DNA of 64,000 nucleotides, taken from assembly GCA_964016885.1 (NCBI GenBank), contig OZ024741.1, positions 81,654,001 to 81,718,000 of the forward strand, read 5' to 3'. The DNA is from Eledone cirrhosa (Eukaryota). The notes under the pieces were generated by a model that did not search any database, was not told the DNA's origin, and saw only the letters and a program-made list of their open reading frames with translations. A program made the translations under genes and the position numbers. Positions 12,052 through 24,393 of the stretch are shown here, one piece after another. Numbering within the stretch: position 1 is the stretch's first letter; every line of letters starts with the position of its first letter.

Positions 12052-12232
12052 TGGTTCTACCTTTGGCACAAGGCCAACAATTACTCAGTGCATTACTGGT
12101 ACTTTATTTTATCGACCCCGTAAGGATGAAAGGCAAAGTTAACCTCGGCGGGATTTGAACTCAGATCATAAAGGGACGTAACTCTATGGGTCAAAGCATG
12201 GTGTCCGACCCTTTACCGATACTGCCAATCCA
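11821..12232 (-). mobile_element. Two tandem copies of a ~180-bp tRNA-derived SINE (family S1) separated by (AAT)n
   Basis: Copies at 11821-11997 and 12051-12232. A-box-like TGGCAGTATCGG, B-box GAGTTCAAATC, conserved core GCCTTTCATCCTTACGGGGTCGATAAAATAAAGTACCAG, and 3' end CC(T/C)TGTGCC..AGGTAGAA(A/C)CA(ATT)n. Confidence 0.85.
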
Positions 12233-12239
12233 ATAATAA

Positions 12240-13043
12240 GGAGACTGAAGGATTGATTATATCAGCACAAGATCAGTGTCTGCCAACTAAAAATTATCAA
12301 GCCGACATAATAAAAAGTGGACAACCCATTATGCCGTGTATGTAAAAAACAACCAGAGACCATTGATCATATAATTTCAATGTGCAGTCATATAGCTCCA
12401 ACCGAATACCTAAACAGGCACGACAGACCTGCACAATACATACACTGGTTAATGTGTAAGCATTTTGACTTGCACTATCAAAAGAATTGGTGGGAGCATC
12501 AACCACCTCCCGTACTTGAAAAAGATCACATCTCAATCTTGTGGAACTTTAGCATCCAAACAGACCGAAACATAGATGCAAATAGACCTGATATAATACC
12601 GAAGGACTTTAAAAAGAGGGTATGCCTGCTAATTGATATGTCCGTTCCAATAGACAAGAATGTATCCTATAAAAACATTTGAAAAATTGAGCAAGTATAA
12701 AGACCTGGAGATTGAAATTGGAAAAATGTGGAAGTTGAGAACTAAAACAATACCAGTGGTTGTAGGCGCTCTAGGAATGATACCTAAGGGGTCTAATGAT
12801 TACTTATCCCAAATCCCAGGAAACCCGCGTATAGAAGAAATACAAAAGATATTACTAATGGGAACTGCCCATATACTAAGGAAGATTCTGTCCATATATA
12901 AATACGTCACAGGTCTAATCACCTAAAGATACATGTGTATGCGTTTGTGTTCTTTCTTAAACTTGGCGGACCTTGTTCTCTCTTGAGGTCACTGGTTGTG
13001 ACTTGGTGATAACTCGTATGAACATAAAGCAAGATAAATGAAA
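12240..13043 (+). mobile_element. 3' fragment of a second R4/Dong-like family
   Basis: ETEGLIISAQDQ, CRVCKKQPETIDHIISMC, RHD, RPDII, KYKDLEIEI, IPVVVGALG; frameshifted. Begins after AATAAT and ends in (AAT)n. Confidence 0.88.
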
Positions 13044-13102
13044 CAATAATAATAATAATAATAAAATTGTTTCTACTATAGGCACAAGGCCAGCATTTTG
13101 TG

Positions 13103-14260
13103 TCTGAGAGTAGGGGGCCAATGCTCAAAGTTGTACTGAAGGAGAAGACAATAGACAAGGGGATGACCAAGGAGGAAATGACAATAAAGAGGAAGAGCAA
13201 CCTTCATGAAAAATCCCTTCTTAGCACCTTCTTTAAGAAAACAGAATTCACGGATCTACAGTCATGGAGTTAGTTAAAAAGAGGAGACCTTACAAAAGCT
13301 ACAGAAGGAATGCTAATGGCTGCATCAGAGCGAGCCCTTAGAACGAAGTTGGTGAAACAACATATTGACAAGAAGGAGTCTAGCTCACTGTGTATGTTCT
13401 GTGAACAAAGAGAGAGAGGAAACTATGGTTCACATCGTATCGGAATGTAAAGACCTAGCCCAGACTCACTATAAAGGCTGGAGGCAAGATATAATAGGAA
13501 AGGTGATTCACTGGCATTTATGCTAACTAAACAATTTACCACATTCTGAGAAGGGGTATGAGCATAAGCCAGAGTCGGTGATAGAAGACAATCAAATGAA
13601 GATGCTATGGGATTTTATGATATAGACAGACAAGAAATTAGAACATAATAGGCATGACCTGGCGGTTTTTGACAAGGAAAAAAGATTGTGCCTGATTGTA
13701 GATGTAGCCTGGCCCTTCGACAGAAGAATGCAAGAAAAGGAGAAGGAGAAAATTAACCGATACCAGGATTTAAAGTGGGAGTTAAAAACGATTTGGGACT
13801 GTCATTGGATCAAGGTCGTCTCTATTGTCATAGGAGCACTAGGTACTCTCTCAAATAGTTTTCAAGGATGTTTAAAGAACATTAGTCCAGCCCCCTTTTT
13901 GGAACACGTCAAAAGGCATGCTTGCTGGGAAGAGCAAGAACCCTCCAATACGCCATGAATAAACTTTCCAGTTAAATAACATCAATGACTGAGACTCCAA
14001 ATCTCCAGAATGCCATGTTAAGATATTGGCAAGAAAAAGACCCTACATGGACAATACCCACAAAAGCTGAATGGGGAAGAAATGGACAAGCAAATGTCAC
14101 AAAACTGCTTAAGAAGCGCCGGACAAAAAGACGAGGCTGAAAGATTTTTGTTACAACACAAGATCAAAGCCTCTCTACTAATATCCACTACAGCCACATA
14201 ATGAAGCAGAACATGGTACGTCGCAACAAATATCCTGCAACGAAGAGATACACATACAGC
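13103..14260 (+). mobile_element. Degraded R4/Dong 3' fragments
   Basis: 13103-14000 aligns by eye to the 3' end and UTR of the 2493-5810 element with many lesions. 14010-14260 encodes a WQEK..HGQYP-type remnant of a related family. Confidence 0.8.
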
Positions 14261-14936
14261 AGCGGATACTGTAGGTACAACATTAGCAGTAACTACAGTT
14301 TTTGGCTGGTTTTTTATTTCACCGACCTCGGAAGAACGAAAGACAAATTCGACCTCGGATGGATTTGAACTCATAACGTAGACAGTCTTAACTAAATATG
14401 GTAAAAAATGTTTGGCTAACGATACTGCTAAGCTACAGCCCTCATAATCGCTTGAAATATTTATCTAACGTAATGCAACGAGCGTAGAGTTTGTTGTGTG
14501 TATTTACTAATGGTGGTGGTGTGACATGTGAAGAAGGGATTAAGAAAAAAAGGAGAAAGAGGAATGAGGAGAAGGAGTAGGCATAGGAGTAGCAGTAAAA
14601 AGAGGAGGTTGTGGTGGTGGTGGAGGGGGAGGGAGTGGTGGAGAGTGAGAATGAAACGTTTTTCTCATTTGCGAATATTCTTATTCATTATTATTTACTT
14701 CAGATATTTAATCATTTATTTGTTTACGTATTTGTTTATTTCCGTATTTATTTATTTATTTATTTATTTATATATTTATCCATTTATTTATCTATTTATT
14801 TTATGTCTCTTTTCACTGATTATTAGTATTGTAAAGCATTGATGTCAGGACGGTGTTTTTGAAGAGAGATTGCGAAAACATGAATAAATTTTACCCTGGT
14901 GTGCTTCTGTGATGTAAAACTTAAAAAAGAAACAAA

Positions 14937-15005
<69 letters not shown>

Positions 15006-15340
15006 CACACACAAGCACACATACATACACATGCACATACATGCTCATACACACATATATATATATTTTAGAAATAACTTAGACTAATGATGATTAAATT
15101 TAGATCATTAAAGCTTCCTAAAGTCAGTAAAATAGTAATAAATAAATAAAAAAATTGAATTAACAAATAAATTAAAAACGAAAAATAAACGCAAGGCACC
15201 CAACATCCCTTACCACGACTTCCACACATTCATAGAGAAAGTAAAAATAAGAATATAAATAATATAAATAAAACTGAATAGAAGTAAATAGAGTGTTTTT
15301 AAACTTCTAAGTTGATTTTGATCATGCACTTGTGTTTATA

Positions 15341-15373
<33 letters not shown>

Positions 15374-15929
15374 GTCGTATCTCTCGTGGTCGTCATCATC
15401 ATCATGATCCTTGTCAGAACAAACACTAATATAACTGCAGAAACTGCAAGCTTAAATCATAACAAAACAAAACTGATGCAGTACACTATCAACAGGAATC
15501 TATAATATATCACTCCCAGTAATGCATACATCTGAAGAAGAGGGAGGTACACTTGGAGATGTGGTTAGACAATGATGGTGGTGGTGATGATAATGATGGT
15601 GATAATGATGAAAGACTATGAACCATAGATCCTCAGTTGGTTGGCTGGAGGTCAATACTTGTTGATGGATCTTGAATAATGCTTTGGAACAGGATTAGCA
15701 CGTTTTCCTTAATCGTGGTAAATATGTTTGGTCCTCCTAGATCATAGTTGTTGAGAATTAGAATAGTATCTTCCTCAATTCTTTGTCAGTATTCCCAAGT
15801 TTAGATATATACAGTTCTTTTGCCCTTTTGATAGGTAAGAGAACTGGATATATTTAAATTAGATATATTTAAACCTCTGATCTCCAAGAGTACCAAACAT
15901 ATTTGCAAGAAAAAAACAAACCTTTTTAT

Positions 15930-16760
15930 AAATGTTCAAGAGATGATCCAATGTACTGACTAAAAATGTTAAGATATTTATAAAGAAATTTTAAGCTAGA
16001 CGAATGGGTACCCCACAACCAAACTGACTGTAGTCGTGAATACCAGGCGGCAGCTGCGACCTCTCCGCTATCCCACAATGGCACAACCAGCTAGTTACGT
16101 TCCATTGTTACTGGTGATGAAAAATAGTGTCTCTAAATTAATGCCAAGCGCAAGCGATCTTAGGTTAATAAAGATAGTGCACCACAACGGCGATCAAATC
16201 CTGGACCCCACCCTTCCAAGGATCTACTGACCGTCTGGTGGAACTGGAAAGGAATCATCCACTACGAGCTGCTCCCACCGAACACTAGCAGAGACTCTGG
16301 CATCTATAATCAAAATCCTGAATGATTAGCGGCGAAAATCACACTGGTGCGTCCACACCATGATTCTGTTCGATTCCTTCATAATAACACTAGGCCGTAT
16401 ACATTAAGAATGACCTGTGAGAAGCTGCTGGAGCTAAGGTGCAAGATTCTACCCCACCCACCGTATTCACTCAATCTCCTGCTTGTCGACTACGCCCCCT
16501 CCCTTTCCCTCCCTGAGCTATACAATGCAGTCAAATATCTTCGACAATGAAGATTAGTTAAACCAGTGAATGACGGAATTCTTTGTATCGAATTAAGAAG
16601 GATTCTACATGGATGGAATTATGTGCCTTTCTTAACGATTGCAGATGGTAATTGCAAATGGTGGCGAAATTCTTGTCATGTAAAATTTTCCGAATGTTAA
16701 AGAAATGTCAAAGTCAATGATAATTTGAAAAACGTCGAGAAATTTCTGTCCAACCTAATA
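15930..16760 (+). mobile_element. Mariner (Tc1/mariner) transposase remnant with 3' TIR
   Basis: Broken motifs WVPHN, VTGDEK, VWWNWKGIIHYELLP, FLHNNTRP and LPHPPYS. Ends ...TCCAACCTAATA, a mariner-type TIR, followed by TA. Confidence 0.85.
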
Positions 16761-16889
16761 TATATATACACATACATACATATAATATATATAAATACAC
16801 ATACTATATAATATATATACAGATACTATATAATATAGATACACATATACAAATATATATATACACATACTATATAATATATATACACA

Positions 16890-16939
<50 letters not shown>

Positions 16940-17265
16940 CATACTATATAATATATATACACATATACATACATATATATACACATACTATATAATATAA
17001 TAAACATATACATATATATATACACATACTATATAATATAATAAACATATACATATATATATACACATACTATATAATATATATACACATATATATACAT
17101 ATATACACATACTATATAATATATATACACATATATATACATATATACACATGCTATATAATATATATACAGACATATATATATACATATATACACCTAC
17201 TATATAATATATATACACATATATATACATATATACACATACTATATCATATATATACACATACT
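16760..17265. repeat. ~30-bp AT-rich minisatellite built on TA/CA repeats
   Basis: Recurring unit ATATATACACATACTATATAATATATATAC with variants. Confidence 0.85.
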
Positions 17266-17674
17266 CTATTCGATAGATTCATAACGCTATTATCTTAAAA
17301 TCCCAGTGGCTAACCTGCATAGTTGAACTCTTATTGTTTTGTTTATTACAGTCCGATATATTTATTTATTGTTTGCAACCCTGTCTTTGCTTTCTCTGTG
17401 GAAGCGCCTGGCTACGTGCTTCATGGCGTGGTCATTTTTCCAATTTGAATAAATGCCAATGTGTTCCCTGCGAACGGTCAGGGTTGATTTTACCTTCCCT
17501 TTGATGAGACGTCACCTGTCACTAACCATTGAGGTTACTATTACAATCGCTGATGTCCATAGGTGTGGTGCAGTGGAGAGCTAATCGGACCTCTCCTTTC
17601 CAGGGAGGCTAATCACCGCTGAAGACGTGCAGCTGTGTCGGCCTTCTTCGCTAGCTTCGTTTCATTATCCCCCC

Positions 17675-18262
<588 letters not shown>

Positions 18263-18297
18263 GCCGTCTTCAGAAATAATTATTTCTGAAGACGGCG

Positions 18298-18335
<38 letters not shown>

Positions 18336-18355
18336 AAGAGAGTGAGAGAGAGAGA

Positions 18356-19555
18356 GGAAATACGTTTATTCAAAAGTATAGACCAGCATTAAATATGGTT
18401 TAATATACATTATGTCAACACCATAACATGCTAACCATCCAAACAGACACATACACACACACATAACACCTGCTACTTTAGAAAATAAAAACCCAACTAA
18501 ATAAACCATAACATACGTTTGCGCTGACAATACGAATAAGTAAGGAAAATATGTTCATTCAAAAATATTCCTACTAACGGAATCATTTTCCTACACACAC
18601 ACACACACACACAATATATATATATTCTCTTCATCTTAACATGCTAACCATACTCCCATACTCCCACACACATAACACCCATACACACACATAACAACCC
18701 CCACCCACACACAACTCCCTTCCCCATTTCTACTAATAGAATCACTTTCCTACACACATATATACACACACACAAAATATATATATTCTCTCCATCTTAA
18801 CATACTACCCCCCCCCACACACATAACACCCATACACACACACACACACACAACTCCCTCCCCCATCTCTACTAATAGAATCATCTTCCTATACACACAC
18901 ACACACAAGCACACAAATAAACATACATATCTTTACTTTCTTTATTTCAATAGAAAATCTGAATTCTGACACCCCAGCGAACTAACCATATTCACTGAAC
19001 CAGAACAATTCTCCCATCCCATTTCTCTTGACCATTATCTATTGCTTGTCATAAAATTCTCTTAAAAGGCTACAGAATAAATTTCAAAATACGGGCACGA
19101 AATTTCATGAAAACTTGTTCACGTGACAGCCATAATTTCATTTATAACCAATCAAATTACGTTTATTAAAAAAAGCCTTCGTGAGCCCCTTTTTTTAAGT
19201 AAAAAGAAATTCAAACACTCATATATGAAAAAACAACCTGAGCCCCCCCCCCCCCCCCTCCTTGTTTGAAGAACTTTGTAACGCGAACTGGCGCGAAATT
19301 TATTATAATTATTGACCAACCAATCAAATTACTTCTCTAAAGACCTGGCGTTTCGAGCCACTTTTTTTCCATATAAAACAAGTAATATTCAAAGACCAAC
19401 CAGATGTGAGAAAAACCACAGACCCTCCATCTCAACTCTACTTTTGAAAAGCAGAAGAACTGCGAAACCGTTAAAAGAACCAAATAAATATATATATTTT
19501 TTTAAAAATAAGATTCCAGTTGCATTTTCGATTTCATCTTTTTTTTCTTTATATA
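18356..19555 (+). mobile_element. Heavily 5'-truncated Neptune-like Penelope element (last codons, 3'UTR, pLTR)
   Basis: Starts with GNTFIQKYRPALNMV*, matching the C-termini [14 protein letters not shown] and KESHFINKYGPRLN of the two larger PLEs. CA-rich 3'UTR with ~150-bp tandem repeats. Hammerhead-like motif near 19441. Ends in (TA)n. Confidence 0.65.
19438..19477 (+). ncRNA. Minimal hammerhead-like motif, U3-A8 core
   Basis: TTGAAAA, then GCAG aagaa CTGC, then GAAA-CCGT-TA. Helix I is weak and helix III is one change from ACCGGT. Confidence 0.5.
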
Positions 19556-19565
19556 TATATATATA

Positions 19566-20431
19566 TAAAATATTATAAAAAGGAATAATAGATACAATAT
19601 AGCTATTTTTTCTTTAGTCCCGACTGTACAATTTCGCTGGTCACTATGCAAAAATGTTATATCATAGATATGTAACATTGTTGTGAGGTAAGCCAGCTTA
19701 TCAAGAGAGCACCTTTTTTGTCTTTCCTAATCATAGAGTAACACTGGTTAAGGTCGACAACATACAATCTCACATACTTGTGAAAAATATATGTTTATAT
19801 ATACATGTATATGTATGTATACACATATATTTGTATACCTCTCATTACTGTCTCTAACTCCCTCACGGTAGAGTAACCATGGAAGTATAGTGACTGCTTT
19901 CAAGCAAACACTATATACACTTCAAGTCAAACTTACCACCCTTCTGTAGCCTATGTATCATATCAATATCTCCCTCCGCCTTCTGATATATTTTCACTGC
20001 TACAAGGGAGTAATCCCCTTTCTTGACGGGTGTATCACGTGATAGAGTCTCCCTCCGCCTTTCTGAGATTTTCTCGCATGCTACGGACGTATGTAGTTAG
20101 GGCTCTTCCCTGAGGTGCTCTCTTGATAAGCTGGCTTACCTCACAACAATGTTGTATATCTATGATATAACATTTTTGCATAGTGACCAGCGAAACTGTA
20201 CAGTCGGGACTAAAGATAAAATAGGTATATTGTATCTATTATTCCTTTTTATAATATTTTACATAACTCTGATATTGTGTCAATTTAATTATTTCGATTA
20301 TTTTGTCTCTCATAATCATAGAGTAACACTGGTTAAGGTCGACAACATACAATCTCACATACTTGTGAAAAATATATGTTTATATATACATGTATATGTA
20401 TGTATACACATATATTTGTATACCTCTCATT

Positions 20432-20435
<4 letters not shown>
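19566..20435 (+). mobile_element. Non-coding retrozyme-like / non-autonomous Penelope unit
   Basis: 123-bp direct repeats at 19728-19850 and 20313-20435 (period 585). Inverted arms at 19566-19714 and 20113-20261. Internal hammerhead; TA-flanked. Confidence 0.72.
20119..20209 (+). ncRNA. Type I hammerhead ribozyme, U3-A8 core with extended helix II
   Basis: Helix I TCTC/GGGA; TTGATAA at 20123; helix II GCTGG...CCAGC enclosing an AATGTTGTATATC/GATATAACATT stem; GAAA at 20192; palindromic helix III A-CTGTACAG-T; GUC cleavage after 20205. Mirror copy on the minus strand near 19617-19707. Confidence 0.8.
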
Positions 20436-20480
<45 letters not shown>

Positions 20481-20486
<6 letters not shown>

Positions 20487-22930
20487 TAAAATAACAGATT
20501 AAAGTTTAAGCAAAGAATCACTGCTTTCACCCTTAACGGGATCTTCTGAAACTAACAAAGTCAATCTGTAAACGCAGAACTGGATATTTCAAAAAACGTT
20601 GCAACCGGAGGAAGACAGGGAGACGATACTTTGGTTCGTGGAAACGTTCGCTGGCTAAGAACAGGAAAAAACGAATATAATACGTCATTAATAGGAGCGG
20701 TGAAAAACAATACGCGCAAAGACAGAACCACGTTTATAGTATAATAGAGGTCGTAGACTAATGTTCTCTTAGGTGGTGCATAGAGACGTTCTCTGGCGAT
20801 GAACGAAAAAAACGAAGATAATACGTCATATGTGGAGCGTGGAGAACAATAGCACGCAAAGACAAAACCACGTAAATGGTATAGCAGAAGTCGTAGACTA
20901 AATTCTAATTAGGAGACCGAATGAATCTCCGCTACGGAGTTAAGAACAAAGTAAATAAATACAATACAGAAGTAATAGAAATAAATAAATACATACACGC
21001 AAACAGAAACGTACATACACAAGCATACGCGAAAACTTACCATGGGTAAACAAAACCACGCACATATAAATATGTGTGTGTGTGTAAGCGTGTATACAAA
21101 TAAATAAATAATTATATAAACGTATATAAATAAATAAATACGTATATAACAAGCGCACACAATGTAAATACACGAATGTTCGGAGACGTAAGTCAACCAA
21201 AACATGAAGTACACATATACACACGCCCTACATACGTACGAACCTGCATACTCACACAGACGCAAAACTCCCGTATACACATAGTCGAACCATATGTACC
21301 AGAATATATAAAACAAATTTTACGCCATAACAATCAAATATACGTACGAGAAGGTATACGTACCTTCACAAAACATACGGATAATATATACTTACCTATG
21401 CAAATAAGTAAAGGTATAAACAAAACATATACTTAGCTCCCACATCGAGACGTAAAATATCCACGTATAGATCGTACTATCCGTTAGAGTATAACGTGGG
21501 GCTGTAATACAGGAAAGTTTTCTGCAGTTTATGTTTACAAGCCGAAATTGCCTCAGATTTTTTGTTTAAGATGTGGTCTGTGGCGTAGAGTATTTCCAGG
21601 GCCACAGCGGCGCAGAGGTCACATGGTCTTTTATTTCCGTTTTATGATCTAGCCCTCGCTAGGATCTCCCAGTGTAACTTATATTGGGTGTGGTTGTTTT
21701 TTAGACTCCAGATATAAGCTGAAAGTGACGTCATATTCCTTCTTAGAGAAAAGAATGGGTATGCATGTGAAGACGCTGCTTGAATCTATTGGCGGTTAAC
21801 CCTATGTAGACCCTACGGGACGTGGGTGTTACAGCCTTACATTTGTAGACAATGTTACTAGAGAGGCATTTACCGGATAGGGGGCAATCAACCCGATTCC
21901 TACAATTACAGTTAGTACTAACTACAGGGTTGCACGTGTTCCTACGGCTAGGTAGTTTAGCTAAATTTGAAGCTGTGATGTTATGTGCAAGGTTAGGAGT
22001 CGTAGAGTAAGAAATTTTAATATTATTTCTATTAAAAATTTTACTATGTTTATGTGTACGGAGAAAATGCTTCGTAATAAGGGAAAGAAAGATCTTAGCT
22101 AATGGTGTGGCCACCTCCATATTATATGGTGGGTTATACCAACAAATGCGACGGGATCTATTTCTTCTAGGTCTATTTTCGTACTCTGTATATGCTACCT
22201 TATCGACAAATCCACTTCGAGCAATAAGTGGAATGGTCGTTGAAAATACGCTCGTTGGTGGAAAGACGGGAAAGCCTCAACGAAACGTTTCTTACCAGGT
22301 TCTTGGTTATGCTGGCAGGATGGTTGGAATGCTTACTTATGTAATTAAGCGTATCATTCGGCTTTCTATACGGGTAATACAACCCATTCAATAGGTTGAG
22401 GGTAACGTCGAGGTAATTAACGACCGAGAGATTGGCCTCAACCTGTATAGAGAGGTTGAAGCCTTTAAATAAGGCTGTGAGTTCTTTTCTGAACCTGTCG
22501 CAAGCACGAGGTCTGCACTTAGTCATGGTCAAAAGACCATCGTCACGGTACAAACCACCGCCCGCGTTGGGGAATTCGTCCTTGATAGAGAAAAGAAGGA
22601 AAAGGCCGATAAGATCAGTAACCTCCGCAGAATCACTGGCGCCCATACTCACGTCGAATGGGGTAGTATTGGATTTTTTAATCCAAATAGAGTCGTCGAA
22701 ATTAATCACCGACTTACGGGCATTGAGGATGACATCAACTTCGAAATCCTTAACCACTGTGAGTGTTTTAGCGAAATTGATAGCTCTAAGGAGAAGTGGT
22801 AAAGTGATGGAGGAGTAGTTAGTAATTGTTGATGTCGAATTGGATAAAACGGTAATGGTTCTTATATATTTGATATATATTTATCTTTATCGAGCCCTCT
22901 TTGGATTTTAGTCTTCAAATTCATTATTAT

Positions 22931-22935
<5 letters not shown>
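20481..22935 (-). mobile_element. Penelope-like element A (YRDDG type, tentatively Nematis-like), 5'-truncated, frameshifted
   Basis: RT motifs FDVSMGASDSAEVTDLIG, YRDDGL, NYLDVTL, YRKPND. Linker CNCR....CPLSGKC and GIY-YIG IVYKC...YIGLT. Long 3'UTR with a ~143-bp tandem duplication (20645-20910). An inverted pLTR piece lies at 22857-22935. Confidence 0.88.
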
Positions 22936-22982
<47 letters not shown>

Positions 22983-23119
22983 AGTGTAATTTACTACACA
23001 AAACGAAGGTTATAGAGAAAATTGAGGTTGGTAATGGCACATGGAATATATAAGAGACAGAATACTTTTTTGTGAAAAAACATATAATTTTATAAGGTAA
23101 GGAAATAATAAAGGGTATA

Positions 23120-23169
23120 AAAAATGACCGGTTTCGATGGGTCTGCAACAGCCATCTTTTCAAATGTTG
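23120..23169 (-). ncRNA. Type I hammerhead, U3-A8 core, in the 3' pLTR of PLE B
   Basis: Sense sequence TTGAAAA-GATGG..CCATC-GAAA-CCGG-TC with palindromic helix III ACCGGT; helix I is weak. Confidence 0.68.
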
Positions 23170-23504
23170 ATTAATATTAAGAAAAATTAATAATAAGAAG
23201 AGTTAAAATTTGAGATTTGAAAATTCAAGTATAGAATTCATTGTGGGATTTCATAGTAGTTTTCATCTTGGTAGCAACTCGTTGACTGCTTCTGGTAGTG
23301 AATGAGAAGTTATTTGGGGTGTGGGTTATTTTATAAAGGTAAAATTTAGCAATGGCCAGAAGGCCAGCTGCTGGTCAGTGAGGGGGTGGAAGCAATATAC
23401 ATACATATATCTTCCTGTGCTCGGTAGGGGAGGGGAGATTGATAGAAAGGGATTTAGTGCACTTACACCTATATATACACACATACCTTCATCCACACAT
23501 ACAT

Positions 23505-23561
<57 letters not shown>

Positions 23562-23602
23562 CACACATACATACACACACACATACATATACATACACAC
23601 AT

Positions 23603-23633
<31 letters not shown>

Positions 23634-24393
23634 CATACACATACATCCAGATACACACATACATACATACACACACACACACACATATATATATATATGT
23701 GTACATACATATATATACACACATATACATACACATATATATACACCCACACACCCACACATACATACACACACACATATATATACATACGCACATACAC
23801 ACAAACACACACACACACACACACATATATATACATATACACACACATATATATATATATATACTCACACACACACACACATATATATATATATACACAT
23901 ACGCATACATCCAGATACACACATACATACACACACACACACACACGCACACACGACACATACATCCACATGCACACACACACACACACACACAAACACA
24001 TATACACATACATACACCCACACACAGAGAAATGGCCTCCAAATATATATACATACATACACATATATTGTTTCCATAATATAAGAAGTTAGGGCAGTGA
24101 AATTAAAATACAAGTCATTCTGATCACATTGAGTTCTTCATGTAGATTGGGCCCCGCAACCGACAGTGGTGAATTCTGTGTGCGCATATATATATAGATA
24201 TATGTGTGTGCACGTGCAGGGTTTAACATGGATGTGTTGGTCACACAAAGGCATGGTCTGTCAACGAATAAACCTGATTCTACAGAATTGGTCTCTGGTC
24301 TTTAATAGTAGTGATAATTATATACATGCACACATACAAACACACATATATCTGTCACTCCGTGCGTATGTGTGTTTATATTTTATGACAATT

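Noticed and set aside
11794-12232. Repeat-spacer pattern as CRISPR, or SINE heads as tRNA genes
   Set aside because: The repeats are microsatellites, the spacers are mutually homologous SINEs, and no full cloverleaf forms.
17270-17670. GC-richer unique segment as an exon or ribozyme
   Set aside because: No open frame with clear splice sites, and its CTGAAGA lacks a matching GAAA and helix III.
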